The notes beneath the pieces were generated by a model, which saw only the letters and a program-made list of their open reading frames with translations, did no database searches and had not been told where the DNA came from. The position numbers were made by a program, and so were the translations under genes. A DNA stretch of 63,082 nt, counting the filler, from Stramenopiles sp. TOSAG23-2 (taxonomy: Eukaryota), in assembly GCA_900128395.1 (NCBI GenBank). It is 56 parts of 56 records of this genome, joined end to end, with 100 filler letters (N's around TTAATTAATTAA, not from the genome) between each part and the next. Parts side by side here need not be neighbours in the genome. Positions count along the whole stretch, not along the records: positions 1 to 1,037 come from LT653947.1; positions 1,138 to 2,174 come from LT653948.1; positions 2,275 to 3,310 come from LT653951.1; positions 3,411 to 4,446 come from LT653952.1; positions 4,547 to 5,582 come from LT653953.1; positions 5,683 to 6,718 come from LT653954.1; positions 6,819 to 7,853 come from LT653955.1; positions 7,954 to 8,988 come from LT653956.1; 48 more parts are not named here. The stretch is one strand, 5' to 3'. Of this stretch, positions 1 to 12,382 are shown one piece after another (position 1 is the first letter of the stretch; the number at the start of each line of letters is the position of its first letter).

Positions 1-1
1 T

Positions 2-1037
2 TGCAGTTCCATCTAACGAGGCAACTAATAGTGCTTGTGATTGTGGCATATATTGCAAGCTTGAAAGTGGCGCTCGATGCGCAACCCAAACTCTTATTGG
101 TTTCATATCAGAAACAAGGGGGAATACTGTTGGTTCGTGTGGCAAAATAGCATATAGTCTGAATTGTTGATCTTTCATCGATCGATGCCCGCTATATGAC
201 TTTTGCCTCGTTGGTTCAGATGATTTATATATGTTTAACGAATTTAAGTATTCTTTTGTGAAATGCCACAATGAAACTCTGCCATTTTCTTCCCCGGCAT
301 GTAAGTAAATACCACCTCCCACATTATCTTTTGCAGTTGATATGCTGGAACACATTATGCCTAATGATCCTTGTTCGGTGAATGATGTAGCAGTACTTCT
401 GCGCAAGACAGCCGCACATGTTCCATGTGGTTTTTTGTGCGTTGGTAAAGTGTATATACATTTGGTTCCCGCAGAATCAGTTGATATAAATGCAGGATAA
501 TTTTCCAAAAATTTTAAATCAGTGATCGCATATAAAGCATCATTCTCGTCTGTTCTATCACTTTCATGAAGAATAAGCTCGTTTGGAATCCCACAAACAT
601 CGTACATTCCTTCTAATTTTGCATATTCGAAATCCCATATGTTAATTACCCTTAGATCGTCCATATTGGACATCGCAATGCGTGATAACGTTAATATTGA
701 GTTGAAATGATACGAAAATGCTATACACGTGATATCCACCCCATCAGCCTGTTCTTCTAAATGTATATCGATGCCAATGTCACGATAAATTACATGTTTC
801 CTTTGGTTTAAAATATAACCATCATTATTAAATTCATCACTAATGAAGCAACGTCCATCTCCAGACGACGATATGACAATTTTATCTTCTTTGCAATAGA
901 CGAGTTGCGATACAGGCATTTCATGGGGATTTAACTCTTTCAAAAAAGCACCATTTAAATAGTTAAATACTAAGATTCTCCCGGTGGGAACTACTCTGCT
1001 ATATATATGCACATATAAACTTTTCTTCCAACATAAC
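2..1037 (-). CDS. WD40-repeat protein, internal fragment (not in ORF track)
   Basis: Manual minus-strand translation gives WD40-like segments in the same frame: GRILVFNYLNGAFLKELNPHEMPVSQLVY...VISSSGDG and PIRVWVAHRAPLSSLQYMPQSQALLVASLDGT. Confidence 0.75.
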
Positions 1038-1137
1038 NNNNNNNNNNNNNNNNNNNNNNNNNNNNNNNNNNNNNNNNNNNNTTAATTAATTAANNNNNNN
1101 NNNNNNNNNNNNNNNNNNNNNNNNNNNNNNNNNNNNN
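1038..1137. other. Artificial contig spacer (44 N + TTAATTAATTAA + 44 N), occurring 55 times in the window
   Basis: The same spacer recurs every ~1.12-1.14 kb, gives stops in all six frames, and separates contigs of steadily decreasing length. Confidence 0.98.
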
Positions 1138-1204
1138 ATATCAAATATAGCCATATACCCGCCCAAATATAGCCAATTCCAAATATAGCCAGGACATATT
1201 TGGA

Positions 1205-1594
1205 TTAATTTTTACACATGGCCAATGTTAAAGGGTCAATACCTAAATAATTTGATGCAATTATAATGTGTTTGCACACTATTCCATCTAAGATATACAT
1301 ATTACAATTACAAGAAGTAACACTAATTTTGACTTTATATTTTCGAATTTCTTGATCATCACCATCACTAACTATTACAACACCATTTCCTCTTCTTGAT
1401 GTTATGATATTTCTTAAAACTGCTCTATTAGCATGTGAATCAAAAGTACGTGAATCTGTGCTACCCTCAAAATGGGTAATAGTAATATTATCTGCATTGC
1501 ATTTTTGGCTTGCTGCCACCCTTTTTTTATATATTTTATATACATCTGGTGTTACAATGTACTCTTTTTCTCTGTTATTTTTGTGTTTAATCAT
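1205..1594 (-). CDS. SWIM zinc-finger protein, possibly derived from a MULE transposase
   Basis: YKVKISVTSCNCNMYILDGIVCKHIIIA fits the SWIM CxC-x(n)-CxH pattern. Confidence 0.65.
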   Translation of the reverse strand: MIKHKNNREKEYIVTPDVYKIYKKRVAASQKCNADNITITHFEGSTDSRTFDSHANRAVLRNIITSRRGNGVVIVSDGDDQEIRKYKVKISVTSCNCNMYILDGIVCKHIIIASNYLGIDPLTLAMCKN

Positions 1595-3410
1595 GGGTAT
1601 GGTGGTGGTTTACACGTGTTGCTTTCTCTCTCCCTATTGCCAAGGAAGCGTTGAACAAGGACATGGGGTTGTGTGGAAATGCATGCCACCAAATGTCACC
1701 ACGTTGGTTAGTGTTATTTTTAGGGTTAGTTACATGTGTTTGTTAGTTTGGGTTTTCAAAAATGATGTATAACATTTATAGTTCGTATTACGAAAGTATA
1801 TATATTTGAATTTCGAATGCATTGGTGGGGGGTGAAAACGGTAAACGAGAAGAGCGTATAGAGCGTAAAATAAAAAAATTATTTTTAATAAAGCTATTGC
1901 ATTTTATACTAAAATTTGTTGACACGACATATGTGGTACTCGTACGAGCGTAAAACATTTTGTTTGCTTTTGTTCTAAATTGATGTGGAAGACTTTGTGT
2001 GTGGCAGTGGTGGATTTTCCTTCGGGATGTCACAAACCATCATCAAAAAACCAAAAATTTGTTTTTCTTCTCTTTGCACCTTTTGCCTTTACGAGACCCA
2101 TTCTTTCCTTTGGTGGTGGTATTGTTTTGTTATATATTTCCGTCTTGCCCTGCATTTTGATCATCAACACTCTCNNNNNNNNNNNNNNNNNNNNNNNNNN
2201 NNNNNNNNNNNNNNNNNNTTAATTAATTAANNNNNNNNNNNNNNNNNNNNNNNNNNNNNNNNNNNNNNNNNNNNTATTGAGAATGCGAATAGTATGGGAA
2301 TAGCATTGAACACTAATAGAAACTTTTACATATCTATTTTATTGACAAAGAATGTCAGTATTTATATTTATTGATATATATATATAGATATGAAAATTTT
2401 AAATGTAGATTTATACACACAGACTTTATTATGGTTTGTAACAAGTTGTACAAACTGTCTGGAAATTTTTAGCTTGTTTGGTAGGATTTATTATTTCCTA
2501 CCAAATGAAACAATAATTTGGAGACAGTTTGAATAACTTTTTACAATACATAACCAATTACATTTTCATAATTAACATCTAATTATACATATATTATTAT
2601 TAGTAGCAGTATATATATATCTTATAAATAACATTTGCAACTGTTCAATTTTATCTTGTATTATTTAATTTATAAACAGTTGTCTTCAATAAATGGATTT
2701 TTATTATTATATATAACATATTAATAATAAAAATCATGATATAAACAATTATCTCATAGAGTATCTAATTTAAATTAATCATATTCTATAATATATCTGT
2801 CTATGTATCTATATATATTTTTGTATATGTGTTTGTATCTGAAATATATGTTGTTTTTCTGAACGTTTATGTTTTTATGGCATTTTAGACGAGAATCCTT
2901 AAATATTATTTCATTTTGATAGGTGTCTATACTAATTACAATAAGAACAAAAATAATCCTTTGTAGACTGCCAAGCCTAAGATCCTATTTAAAAAGTGGA
3001 AAAACACTAAAAAATATGAAAAAAATAACACTATTCATAATGGATGTTGGCGTTCTGGACCAGAGGTTTTCCTTGTCAGGATACTGGCAAGGAAAATCTC
3101 TGGTGTCCAGAGTAGGAGTACTGGCTACGCCAGTACAAAGGCTATTTTAGAACAAAATATAATATATGGTTAAGTTAAATTAAATCACTTTTAGGTACTG
3201 ATTTCTTCTTTCGCAGGTACTGTTGACAGTACCCATTTAGGTTTTTAAACGCTTTAAGACGTAATGTTATTTAATGCTATTCCATTTTTTAAACGATTTA
3301 AAATCTAATTNNNNNNNNNNNNNNNNNNNNNNNNNNNNNNNNNNNNNNNNNNNNTTAATTAATTAANNNNNNNNNNNNNNNNNNNNNNNNNNNNNNNNNN
3401 NNNNNNNNNN

Positions 3411-3667
3411 AATTAGACCCCCGGACCAACATGTGAATGATCAGCAACATGGGAAGGAAAATCGCAAGCGGCGGAATTTCAAACTGAGACCTAGAAACCC
3501 TCTAACGAAAAAAAATAGCTTAAATGCGCCAAAATTGAATTAAATTCTGCAATTTCAATGCCGATTTCGCATTTGATCGCTTTCCACGTCTCCATTTTAA
3601 ATTCCGCCGCTTGCGTTTTTCCTTCTCATGTTGCTGATCACTCAGATGTTGGTCCGGGGGTCCAATT
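3411..3667. repeat. Imperfect ~80-bp inverted repeat (3411-3490 / 3588-3667), MITE or foldback-like
   Basis: GACCCCCGGACCAACATGTGAATGATCAGCAACATGGGAAGG... pairs with ...CCTTCTCATGTTGCTGATCACTCAGATGTTGGTCCGGGGGTC with scattered mismatches. Confidence 0.85.
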
Positions 3668-4547
3668 TTATCTACTTTTTGAGAAATAAGGAATTGAAAA
3701 CGATACCGAAACGTATAAAGAAGTGTAAAAAGTCTGACATATATTTCTGAAAGTTGATATAGATAAAATTTTACATTATGTGCCTTTGTGTCTAAAACCT
3801 CTCTTCCCAAATTTCCGATTATTAAAACCTTAATAATTTCAACGTTAATTAATGGTAGGTTTCCTATCAGTAGTATAAAGTGGATTTCGTACTAATCATA
3901 GGGTACCATCCATCTTAATGTTGTTTATTTTTGAACCTAGAACCTAAGCTTATAGTAAGTAATTTACTATATATTCATCGTAGTGTTGCGTGGTCCTATC
4001 AAAATTTGTAATTATCTGTTTCCTATGTAACATGTTTATTCTACTAAGTACATATAGCAGGTGATATTTTAATGCTGTGTATATGCTATTGCGATATACG
4101 TACTTAAATTATTAACATTAACTATTAAATGTAAATCTTAGAGTGATATAAAACACGTAAGTTATATCAATACTAAATATAATTAACATATATCGTATAA
4201 TTCTCTTATAATAGTTATACACTCTTCTTCTCTCGTATACACTTTATGTTCTTTTCCGTGTTCAAGTATATATATAAGTGCTTTATATTATCATGTTATC
4301 TTTTGATCGTTAAGACTGCGTCTTTATAAATTGCAATGCTATTCCTATAGTATTCCCGTTGAAACGCTACAGTTTATTCTTATAAGTACTTCATGATTGT
4401 ATTGTCAGCTGTATTCCTATATTGATATCATAGACAGGAATTAATANNNNNNNNNNNNNNNNNNNNNNNNNNNNNNNNNNNNNNNNNNNNTTAATTAATT
4501 AANNNNNNNNNNNNNNNNNNNNNNNNNNNNNNNNNNNNNNNNNNNNT

Positions 4548-5582
4548 AGGGCTGCTGATAATGGCTTGCACGAGGCCAGACTTGAACGAGCACGTTTGAA
4601 TTCATTACGAGATGAGAATATTGAAGATGTACATAGTTATTTAGGACTAGTTGATTTCGCGGCACATGAATTTGATTTGAATTTAATTCGTGAAAGTGGT
4701 AGAAGGGCGCAAGAAGCAGCATTAAGAACTACTGCAACTTTTGATATTCCAAGCACCAGTGATAGAAATAGTCTCCATACAAACACTAGTGAAGCGAAGC
4801 AAGAAATAGAACGCCAAGTTCGATTTGATAATCGATTACAGGAAACACGTTTAAGAGATCCTCCGCCTGGTATCCGACCAGCTAATGTAATGAATTTTGA
4901 AGATGCCCGTATACAAGAGAAAATAGATCCTAGGATGAATGTCTCCCCAAGCGGTAAATCATTAATTGCATCTTTATTTAATAGCAACTATAGAAATGAC
5001 AAAACAAATAATAATAATAATAATAATGTAAACCGTAAGGTACACAGCCAAGAACCAAGATTGCCGAAACCACCACCAGGTATACGTTCTGCTAGTATAA
5101 TTGAAGCCGACATGTCCAGCGATGATTTAAAGAGACTGCAGGATCTGCAACAAGATTTAGAATACAATCAAAGCACATTGTTATCAAGATATGACGATAG
5201 TGGCAACAACTTTAACGACAACAATGATAATGCCCAACAGCTTGAACGGATACACCATGAAGTGGAGTCTTTGAATAATTCCTCTTACAATAATTTTGAT
5301 AACAACAGCAGTAGCAAATACGATAGCTCATCATCATCGAAACGGGATGAGCATAAATTACCCCCACCACCACCTGGTATTCACACCGCAGCAAGTTTAA
5401 AGAATGTAAATAATAATAATGATGCAATAACACACAACCTTACAGGTCAAGTAGTTGGTACACCTCCTCGTCCTAACAGTGAATTGGAATCCTCTATGTC
5501 TGGAAGTGCTAATCTTGGAACTGACTCAATGAGACAAAATATAGCTTCTCCTACTTTGCCCCCAAGAAAAGCAACACAACAG
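4548..5582 (+). CDS. Hypothetical disordered protein fragment with three PPPGI[RH] motifs
   Basis: Frame is open across the contig and contains RLRDPPPGIRPA, RLPKPPPGIRSA and KLPPPPPGIHTA. Confidence 0.7.
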
Positions 5583-5682
5583 NNNNNNNNNNNNNNNNNN
5601 NNNNNNNNNNNNNNNNNNNNNNNNNNTTAATTAATTAANNNNNNNNNNNNNNNNNNNNNNNNNNNNNNNNNNNNNNNNNNNN

Positions 5683-6718
5683 CTTCTTGATGTGGTTTAC
5701 GTGGCCATGTGCCACCCTCCCTTGGGCCTGCGATCCAAATCAACAATACAAATGAAATGCATTGTATAAATAAAAAGCAATAACACATAAATAAATACCA
5801 ATTGATCCAAATGGCATAACTAACTTGTGGCAATGATTGTTCAATCGAATATTGCAATGCTACTAAACTCATTAAAAGTGCAGCTGTAATTTGTACACGT
5901 GGTTCTAAATCTCGAACATCAAAATGGAAATTAGCTGCACCTGTCAATACGATAAAGATCATCGGTGCAACGAATACTAATAAATAATGAAATTTACCAC
6001 GTTGAATGCTCAATGTGCACATCACCTCTTTGTATTCCATCTTCGTCGCCTCGTTGGTTAAACTTTCTACTTTGCCAGTGAAATTACGAATAATCCAACT
6101 CATTTGTGTTGTGCCAGCTAAATCACTATCGATTAAAAAATTGGTACTAGATTTTTGATCTGGAAATGCTGGTTTCCAATCCACAGTCGTTGCATCCACT
6201 ACTACCGTTTTTGCAGTGGAACGGCCAAACATGGCGTATTGCAAATGCAATGCTTGCGCATCGAATGGGAACCAACCCACATCAAAATCAACTGTAACTT
6301 TTGCTCGTATACGTTGCGAATACACGACGGTGCCATCAGGGAAAATATTGACATCTTCGTTTAATACTACTTTTTCAACTGCGTTTCTAATTTCAAACTG
6401 TGGTCTCCAAATTAAGTTTGGCTCGACTTCATAACCTTCTTTCTCATACGATTTTCCACCACCTGCAGTGCTATATCGCAATCGTGGATCGTTCCACATA
6501 CGATAGGTTTTAAAACCAATATCAAGCATTTCTTCACGTTGACTCAATGCAAATAAATACTGCAATACAATACGAAATTGTATGATCGTTGGTGTTTCTG
6601 GACGGTTCCATTTCACATAGTCTTTTAGTGGCAATTCCTGCGGTGTTGGTAAAGGACCAGTAGGTGGTGGAACTTTTTTATGTTTTGGTACTGGTTCCTC
6701 TTTTGCGGCAGTTGTCCC
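5683..6718 (-). CDS. Pentameric ligand-gated ion channel subunit, Cys-less (Pro-loop) type, partial
   Basis: WNDPRL, loop A IWRPQFEIRN, DGTVVYSQR, DFDVGWFPFDAQ with no flanking Cys, pre-M1 R, M1 YLLVFVAPMIFIV, M2 RVQITAALLMSLVALQ, M2-M3 LPQVSY, then M3. Confidence 0.92.
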
Positions 6719-6820
6719 NNNNNNNNNNNNNNNNNNNNNNNNNNNNNNNNNNNNNNNNNNNNTTAATTAATTAANNNNNNNNNNNNNNNNNNNNNNNNNN
6801 NNNNNNNNNNNNNNNNNNAG

Positions 6821-7840
6821 GTACAATTGATTCCACAAGTAGCACATAATACAGTCATGCGAGCTATGATTGGTAATAGTATTATAACTGTTTTAAAATT
6901 TCTTACCTACCTCCGGACTGGTTCACCAGCAATGCTTAGTGAAACTGTACATACATTAGTAGATACTGGTAATCAAGCTATTTTATTAGTTGGTTTAAAG
7001 GAAGCATCAAAAGGTAGTGATGAACGGCATCCATATGGTTATGGACGTAATGCATTTTTTTGGGCACTTGTCAGTGCATTAGGTTTATTTTGGGCAGGTG
7101 CAGGCGTGACGGTATATCATGGAATTGGTGAACTAATACATCCACCTGAGCATTTAGAAGTTGGATGGGAAACATGGAGTATACTTGGATTGTCGTTTGG
7201 TATTGATGGATGGGTATTATGGAAAACGATTGAAGAATTATATCGTACAAAACCAAAAAATATTTCCATGCCTGATGTAAGTATATATAATATGGTAAAT
7301 TTATGCATATGATTATGTGCAAAAAAAAAATAAACTAACATATGTATAATAAAATATATATAACTCTCTCTATATATATAGTACATACGAAAAATTACTG
7401 ATCCATTTATTATGGCAGTTTTAATGGAAGATAGTGCTGCTTGTGCAGGTGTATTAATGGCAGTAAGTGGTATTGGGATGACAAATTTAACAAATAATGT
7501 CCATTGGGATATTTTTGCATCGATAAGCATTGGTGGTTTATTAGGTTGTGTTGCAGTATATTTAGTACGTTTAAATCAACGTTTATTATTAGGATTAAGT
7601 ATTGATGATGAAATTGAAGATGATATTAATAGTATGTTACTGTCACGACCGAGTATAGAAGCTGTTCATAGTGTTCAATCGCAATGGGTTGGTCCAAGTG
7701 CATTTAATTATAAAGCAGAAGTGGATTTTGATGGGACATACCTTGCAGCACAATTGCATCGAAATTATGAACCAATGTTTATAGAAACCAAAACATTACA
7801 AGCAGATTTACCATTATTATTAGGATGGTATGCAGAAGAT
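6821..7840 (+). CDS. Cation diffusion facilitator zinc transporter (ZnT9/SLC30A9-like), partial, two exons (6821-7276, 7382-7840)
   Basis: GSPAMLSETVHTLVDTGNQ, HPYGYG and MEDSAA motifs. The ORF-track pieces join in frame across a GT-AG intron; a further GTAAGT donor lies at 7841. Confidence 0.92.
7277..7381 (+). other. Spliceosomal intron, 105 nt
   Basis: GTAAGT donor, ACTAAC branch point near 7334, TAG acceptor; removal gives MPD|YIRKITDPFIMAV in frame. Confidence 0.9.
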
Positions 7841-8603
7841 GTAAGTTCTTATANNNNNNNNNNNNNNNNNNNNNNNNNNNNNNNNNNNNNNNNNNNNTTA
7901 ATTAATTAANNNNNNNNNNNNNNNNNNNNNNNNNNNNNNNNNNNNNNNNNNNNCGTAACCCTATAGCTGTAACTCTACTTGATAGGTGATTTTCACTTGT
8001 AGTGTCGGCTCTGTCTTACACTATTAAGTACAAAAATAGTGATTATATTTTTGATAGGACTTAATATTCCAAAAATGGTATTTACAATTTATATAAAAAA
8101 GTGAATTTCCATTCTAAAATACGATATTTTGTATGATTTCATATTGGTGGTATTTATATGTAATTTTAAGAAAAGGATGAAATTGTTAAAATGACGAAGC
8201 AATTTTTACATGTATTTCGTGTTTTAAAAAATGGATATTTTTATAATTCAATGATTTCTATGAATTTTATACTTTATTTTTGTCATTTTGGTAAATTAAT
8301 AATTTATTTAAGTACAAATTTTAATGTATAAATTTGATGCTTAAAATTATGCGGGAACTTTCACTACGACGGCACTTTATGGTAAATGTCAAAAAAGTAC
8401 TTTTTATACACTAAAGGCACCTATAAGAAAAAATAATTATAAATAATCATCTGAAAAACCAAAATAACCATAATATAACCACTATTTCATCTAAAATATA
8501 GTTGAAAACAAAAAATACAATATTCAAGATAGAAATTTGTGAAAATGTCTATAATTAATAGTGCTACATTCTCGCATTTTATGCGGAACAAATACAGATG
8601 AAC

Positions 8604-8988
8604 TAGTATACATAAAAGTACAAGAGATAGACTCTCGCACTATTTGCGGAAGAACAGGATCAATTACAGATAGGTATAAAATAATTAGTATACATAAAAG
8701 TACAAGAGATAGACTCCCGCACTATTTGCGGAAGAACAGGATCAATTACAGATAGGTATAAAATAATTAGTATACATAAAAGTACAAGAGATAGACTCCC
8801 GCACTATTTGCGGAAGAACAGGATCAATTACAGATAGGTATAAAATAATTAGTATACCTAAAAGTACAAGAGAAAGACTATCGCACTATTTGCGGAAGAA
8901 CAGGATCAATTACAGATAGGTATAAAATAATTATAGTATACATAAAAGTACAAGAGATAGACACTCGCACTATTTGCGGAAGAACAGG
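8604..8988. repeat. Tandem repeat, 82-bp unit, about 4.7 copies running into the contig end
   Basis: Units start at 8604, 8686, 8768, 8850 and 8934; each contains the hairpin (C)CGCA-CTATT-TGCG(G). Confidence 0.95.
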
Positions 8989-10408
8989 NNNNNNNNNNNN
9001 NNNNNNNNNNNNNNNNNNNNNNNNNNNNNNNNTTAATTAATTAANNNNNNNNNNNNNNNNNNNNNNNNNNNNNNNNNNNNNNNNNNNNCAGGAAGTAATG
9101 GTAGGATCGCACGTGGAATTGCATCTAGGCGTGGTAGGAAAAAGAAGAAAAAAAGTGATGCAGATTTAAGTTTTAATCGTTTTTGGAAAGTTAATGGTAA
9201 GAAAGCGGGTGGGAAGTGAGAGATGTAATGATCTCTTTCGCGGTGCAAATAATGTATCTGTGTATTAATCGATATTTTTTAATTTTTACCGACCGGAATA
9301 AAATCTTGTGAAAGTTAGGTAAAATAAGCTGGGGTGTTTAAACGTTTTCAACTTTTATAAAAACGTTTAAACGAGAGAGAGATTTGAGATTTTTGGCACG
9401 TTGGCGCGTGATCTCTCTTGTAGTGTGTGGTAAATCGATACGAGTAAGGCGTGTGTTTTCGTTTAAAATTACCTCGTACATATTTAGAGATGCAACAGAT
9501 CCACAATTACCTCTTCCTATACTCTTCCTTCTCTCTGACTCTTCTAGTATCATACCAAAATTCTTGTGCTCTTCTTCTAGATTCTAAAAAAAAATCGCGA
9601 TTATTTTTTGTTCGTATTGTTTTCATCCATCAAGTATGAACATTGATAGAGACACATAATAAAACTGCACAGTATTGGTAAAACTACTCAGAAAAATCAT
9701 CAAATTTTCCGATTTTTTCAATACAGTTATTTACACACACAAGTTCAATAGAAGTTAAAATAGAAGAAGGAAAGGAGATGCGGGTGTGTGCATGACCACA
9801 TGGTGTTAGGATATTACCATAAAATCTTGTCGTATCGTCCTTATAATCGTATAGTTATATTTATTTGTTGTTTGAGTTGTATGTTTGTTGATTGCCTTTG
9901 ACAATTATAGAATTTGTATATATATATATTATAGTCAGATAAATATATTAATTTAAAAAAAAAAATAGCTAGATTAGCACTACAATTGGAGTACAAACAT
10001 CTTAATTTAATATATATATATAGAAAAGCATCTCCATAACAAATCACAACATGGCCACCAATCATACTACAAATGCATCTCATCATCAACAACAGCAACA
10101 ACTCCCATTTTGTGCGTATACANNNNNNNNNNNNNNNNNNNNNNNNNNNNNNNNNNNNNNNNNNNNTTAATTAATTAANNNNNNNNNNNNNNNNNNNNNN
10201 NNNNNNNNNNNNNNNNNNNNNNTGGTAGTGCAAGTGGTACAGCAACTGGTAGTTTCTAAAAACGCTTTTATTAATAATATTTTAATATGACATATTTATA
10301 TATTTAAAAAAACCATTTCTCATATTTTTAAATAGACAACGTTTGATCATAAATGGGGTTCAAATAAGTACATATTTAATACTATAGTTATTTGATAGGT
10401 AGACATCT

Positions 10409-10625
10409 TATAATGCTATGTGCCTGTATATAATGCTATGTGCCTGTTCTTTTTTATATGATCCTATGTGCCTCTTGTATATAATGCTATGCCTGTGCTT
10501 TTTTATATGATGCTATGTGCTTAATACATAATGCTATGTGCCTGTATTTAGTGATATGATGAAATGTGCCTGTGCTTAATATATAATGCTATGTGCCTGT
10601 ATTTAGTGATATTAATATGTGCATG
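10409..10625. repeat. Degenerate minisatellite with core TATAATGCTATGTGCCTGT
   Basis: The core recurs roughly eight times with irregular spacing. Confidence 0.85.
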
Positions 10626-11029
10626 TTTAAATTTCGGGTTTTCGAGAATCCTTCTTCAATTTAAATGTTTTATATAGAGAGGTACTTAAAAACTTCTTGT
10701 TAACAGGATTGTACTTATATCAATAAAAGTATATAGATTTTTATCTAGGACCATTTGAGATAAGCGGAAAAGATCTTGAACTTTGATAAACTGGTATTTC
10801 CATAGTAACTAGTAGTAACTAGTAAAGCCACGTGGATAATTTAAATTTTTTGTATGTATATAGTACTTAAGTACTTTTAACTTTTATACTACACTGTATT
10901 AACTATTATATACCGTAATATATATACAACCCGGGTAAGACGCGATACACGAAGAAAAACAAAAAAAAGAAAGGAAAAACAATATAATATATCAATTATT
11001 ATAACATAAAAATAAAGTATAACAACAAT

Positions 11030-11256
11030 ATGATACGTGAACCATCAATAAACAACACGCCAAAAGTTATTAATGGTATTATTGGTGGTGTTGGACCAAT
11101 GGCAGGTGTAAAGTTACATGAAAAGATTATCCAATTTACACCAACAAATGGAACAGATCAATCTCACTTGTGTGTACACCATATATCACAAAGTCAATAT
11201 ATACCTGATCGTACGACCTTCTTATTAAGCAATATGACGCTATCGAACCCCAATGA
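11030..11256 (+). CDS. Aspartate/glutamate racemase family protein, N-terminal fragment
   Basis: GIIGGVGPMAG...TPTNGTDQSH...IPDRT matches the N-terminus of PLP-independent aspartate racemases (GxxGGMGP...DQxH...IPDRT). Confidence 0.85.
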
Positions 11257-11858
11257 NNNNNNNNNNNNNNNNNNNNNNNNNNNNNNNNNNNNNNNNNNNN
11301 TTAATTAATTAANNNNNNNNNNNNNNNNNNNNNNNNNNNNNNNNNNNNNNNNNNNNCAAAACTTCATCACAGTGATGTGTCCCTGCTAATAAGTTTTAAG
11401 GCAAGATGATTTAGGATTTCTTCACTTTACAAGGAACTTTCTTCATTTACAAGGAAAGTTCTTTGTAAAGTGTGGGAAATTTCTTATTTTAAATTAACAA
11501 AATCTGAAATTCATCAATTACCATTCGCCTTAAACATTATATATTGGTTGGTTTACAAACAACTCTATACATCATTGTTTGCCTTAAGCAGAGCTATCCA
11601 GGCATTGGAAACAGGGGCCACGTGGTGAGCTGGTGAGAGCCCTGGTGAGCCTACTCATATGCTGTGGTATGATGATGGTATGTATTATGATATTCACAAT
11701 CACACCAGTTACTAGACCGTTTTTTTGGGATTGAGATTTAAGGGTTCTAGAAAATTTGGTCCTTTTGATAGGTATTTAAGCCCTATTTTACAATACATAA
11801 AAAATATACTTAACCTAGGTATCAACGAGAAATGAAACCAAGGTGTTCAAAATGTCTA

Positions 11859-12382
11859 TTTACCAGTCTTTTTAAGATCCAAAATAATATATCTATTTCC
11901 AGCATATATACATACTAATTGAAGAAATACAGACACTTTTCCAAAACACAAAAATTTTAAAAAGCTGATATTTTCTGTACTGGAAAAGATATCGAACCCA
12001 TATATATATATAAGTACCCCAGCCAATATCTAATAACATATTTGGCACAATTAGAAAAAAATCACGGACAGAATTTTTTTTATATACCATACATATGCAA
12101 AATCAGGCAGAAAATGGCAAATAAAAAGCTCCCATGATGAAAGTGTCTTAAAAATTTTAAATTCGCAAACCAGAGAAGATGGCAATGATTGGTGCATTTA
12201 CGAGAAAGGCTTTGTATGTCAACTTGTAGGAGGTGGTACAACCTTTCACGGAGCAATATAGTACAGAAAATATCAGCTTTTTAAAATTTTTGTGTTTTGG
12301 AAAAGTGTCTGTATTTCTTCAATTAGTATGTATATATGCTGGAAATAGATATATTATTTTGGATCTTAAAAAGACTGGTAAA
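11859..12382. repeat. Perfect 123-bp inverted repeat (11859-11981 / 12260-12382)
   Basis: TTTACCAGTCTTTTTAAGATCC...TTTTCTGTACT is the reverse complement of AGTACAGAAAA...GGATCTTAAAAAGACTGGTAAA; the second arm ends 8 bp from the contig end. Confidence 0.93.

Noticed and set aside
8604-8988. CRISPR-like array of hairpin-containing repeats
   Set aside because: Whole 82-bp units repeat with no unique spacers, no cas genes are seen, and the context is eukaryotic.
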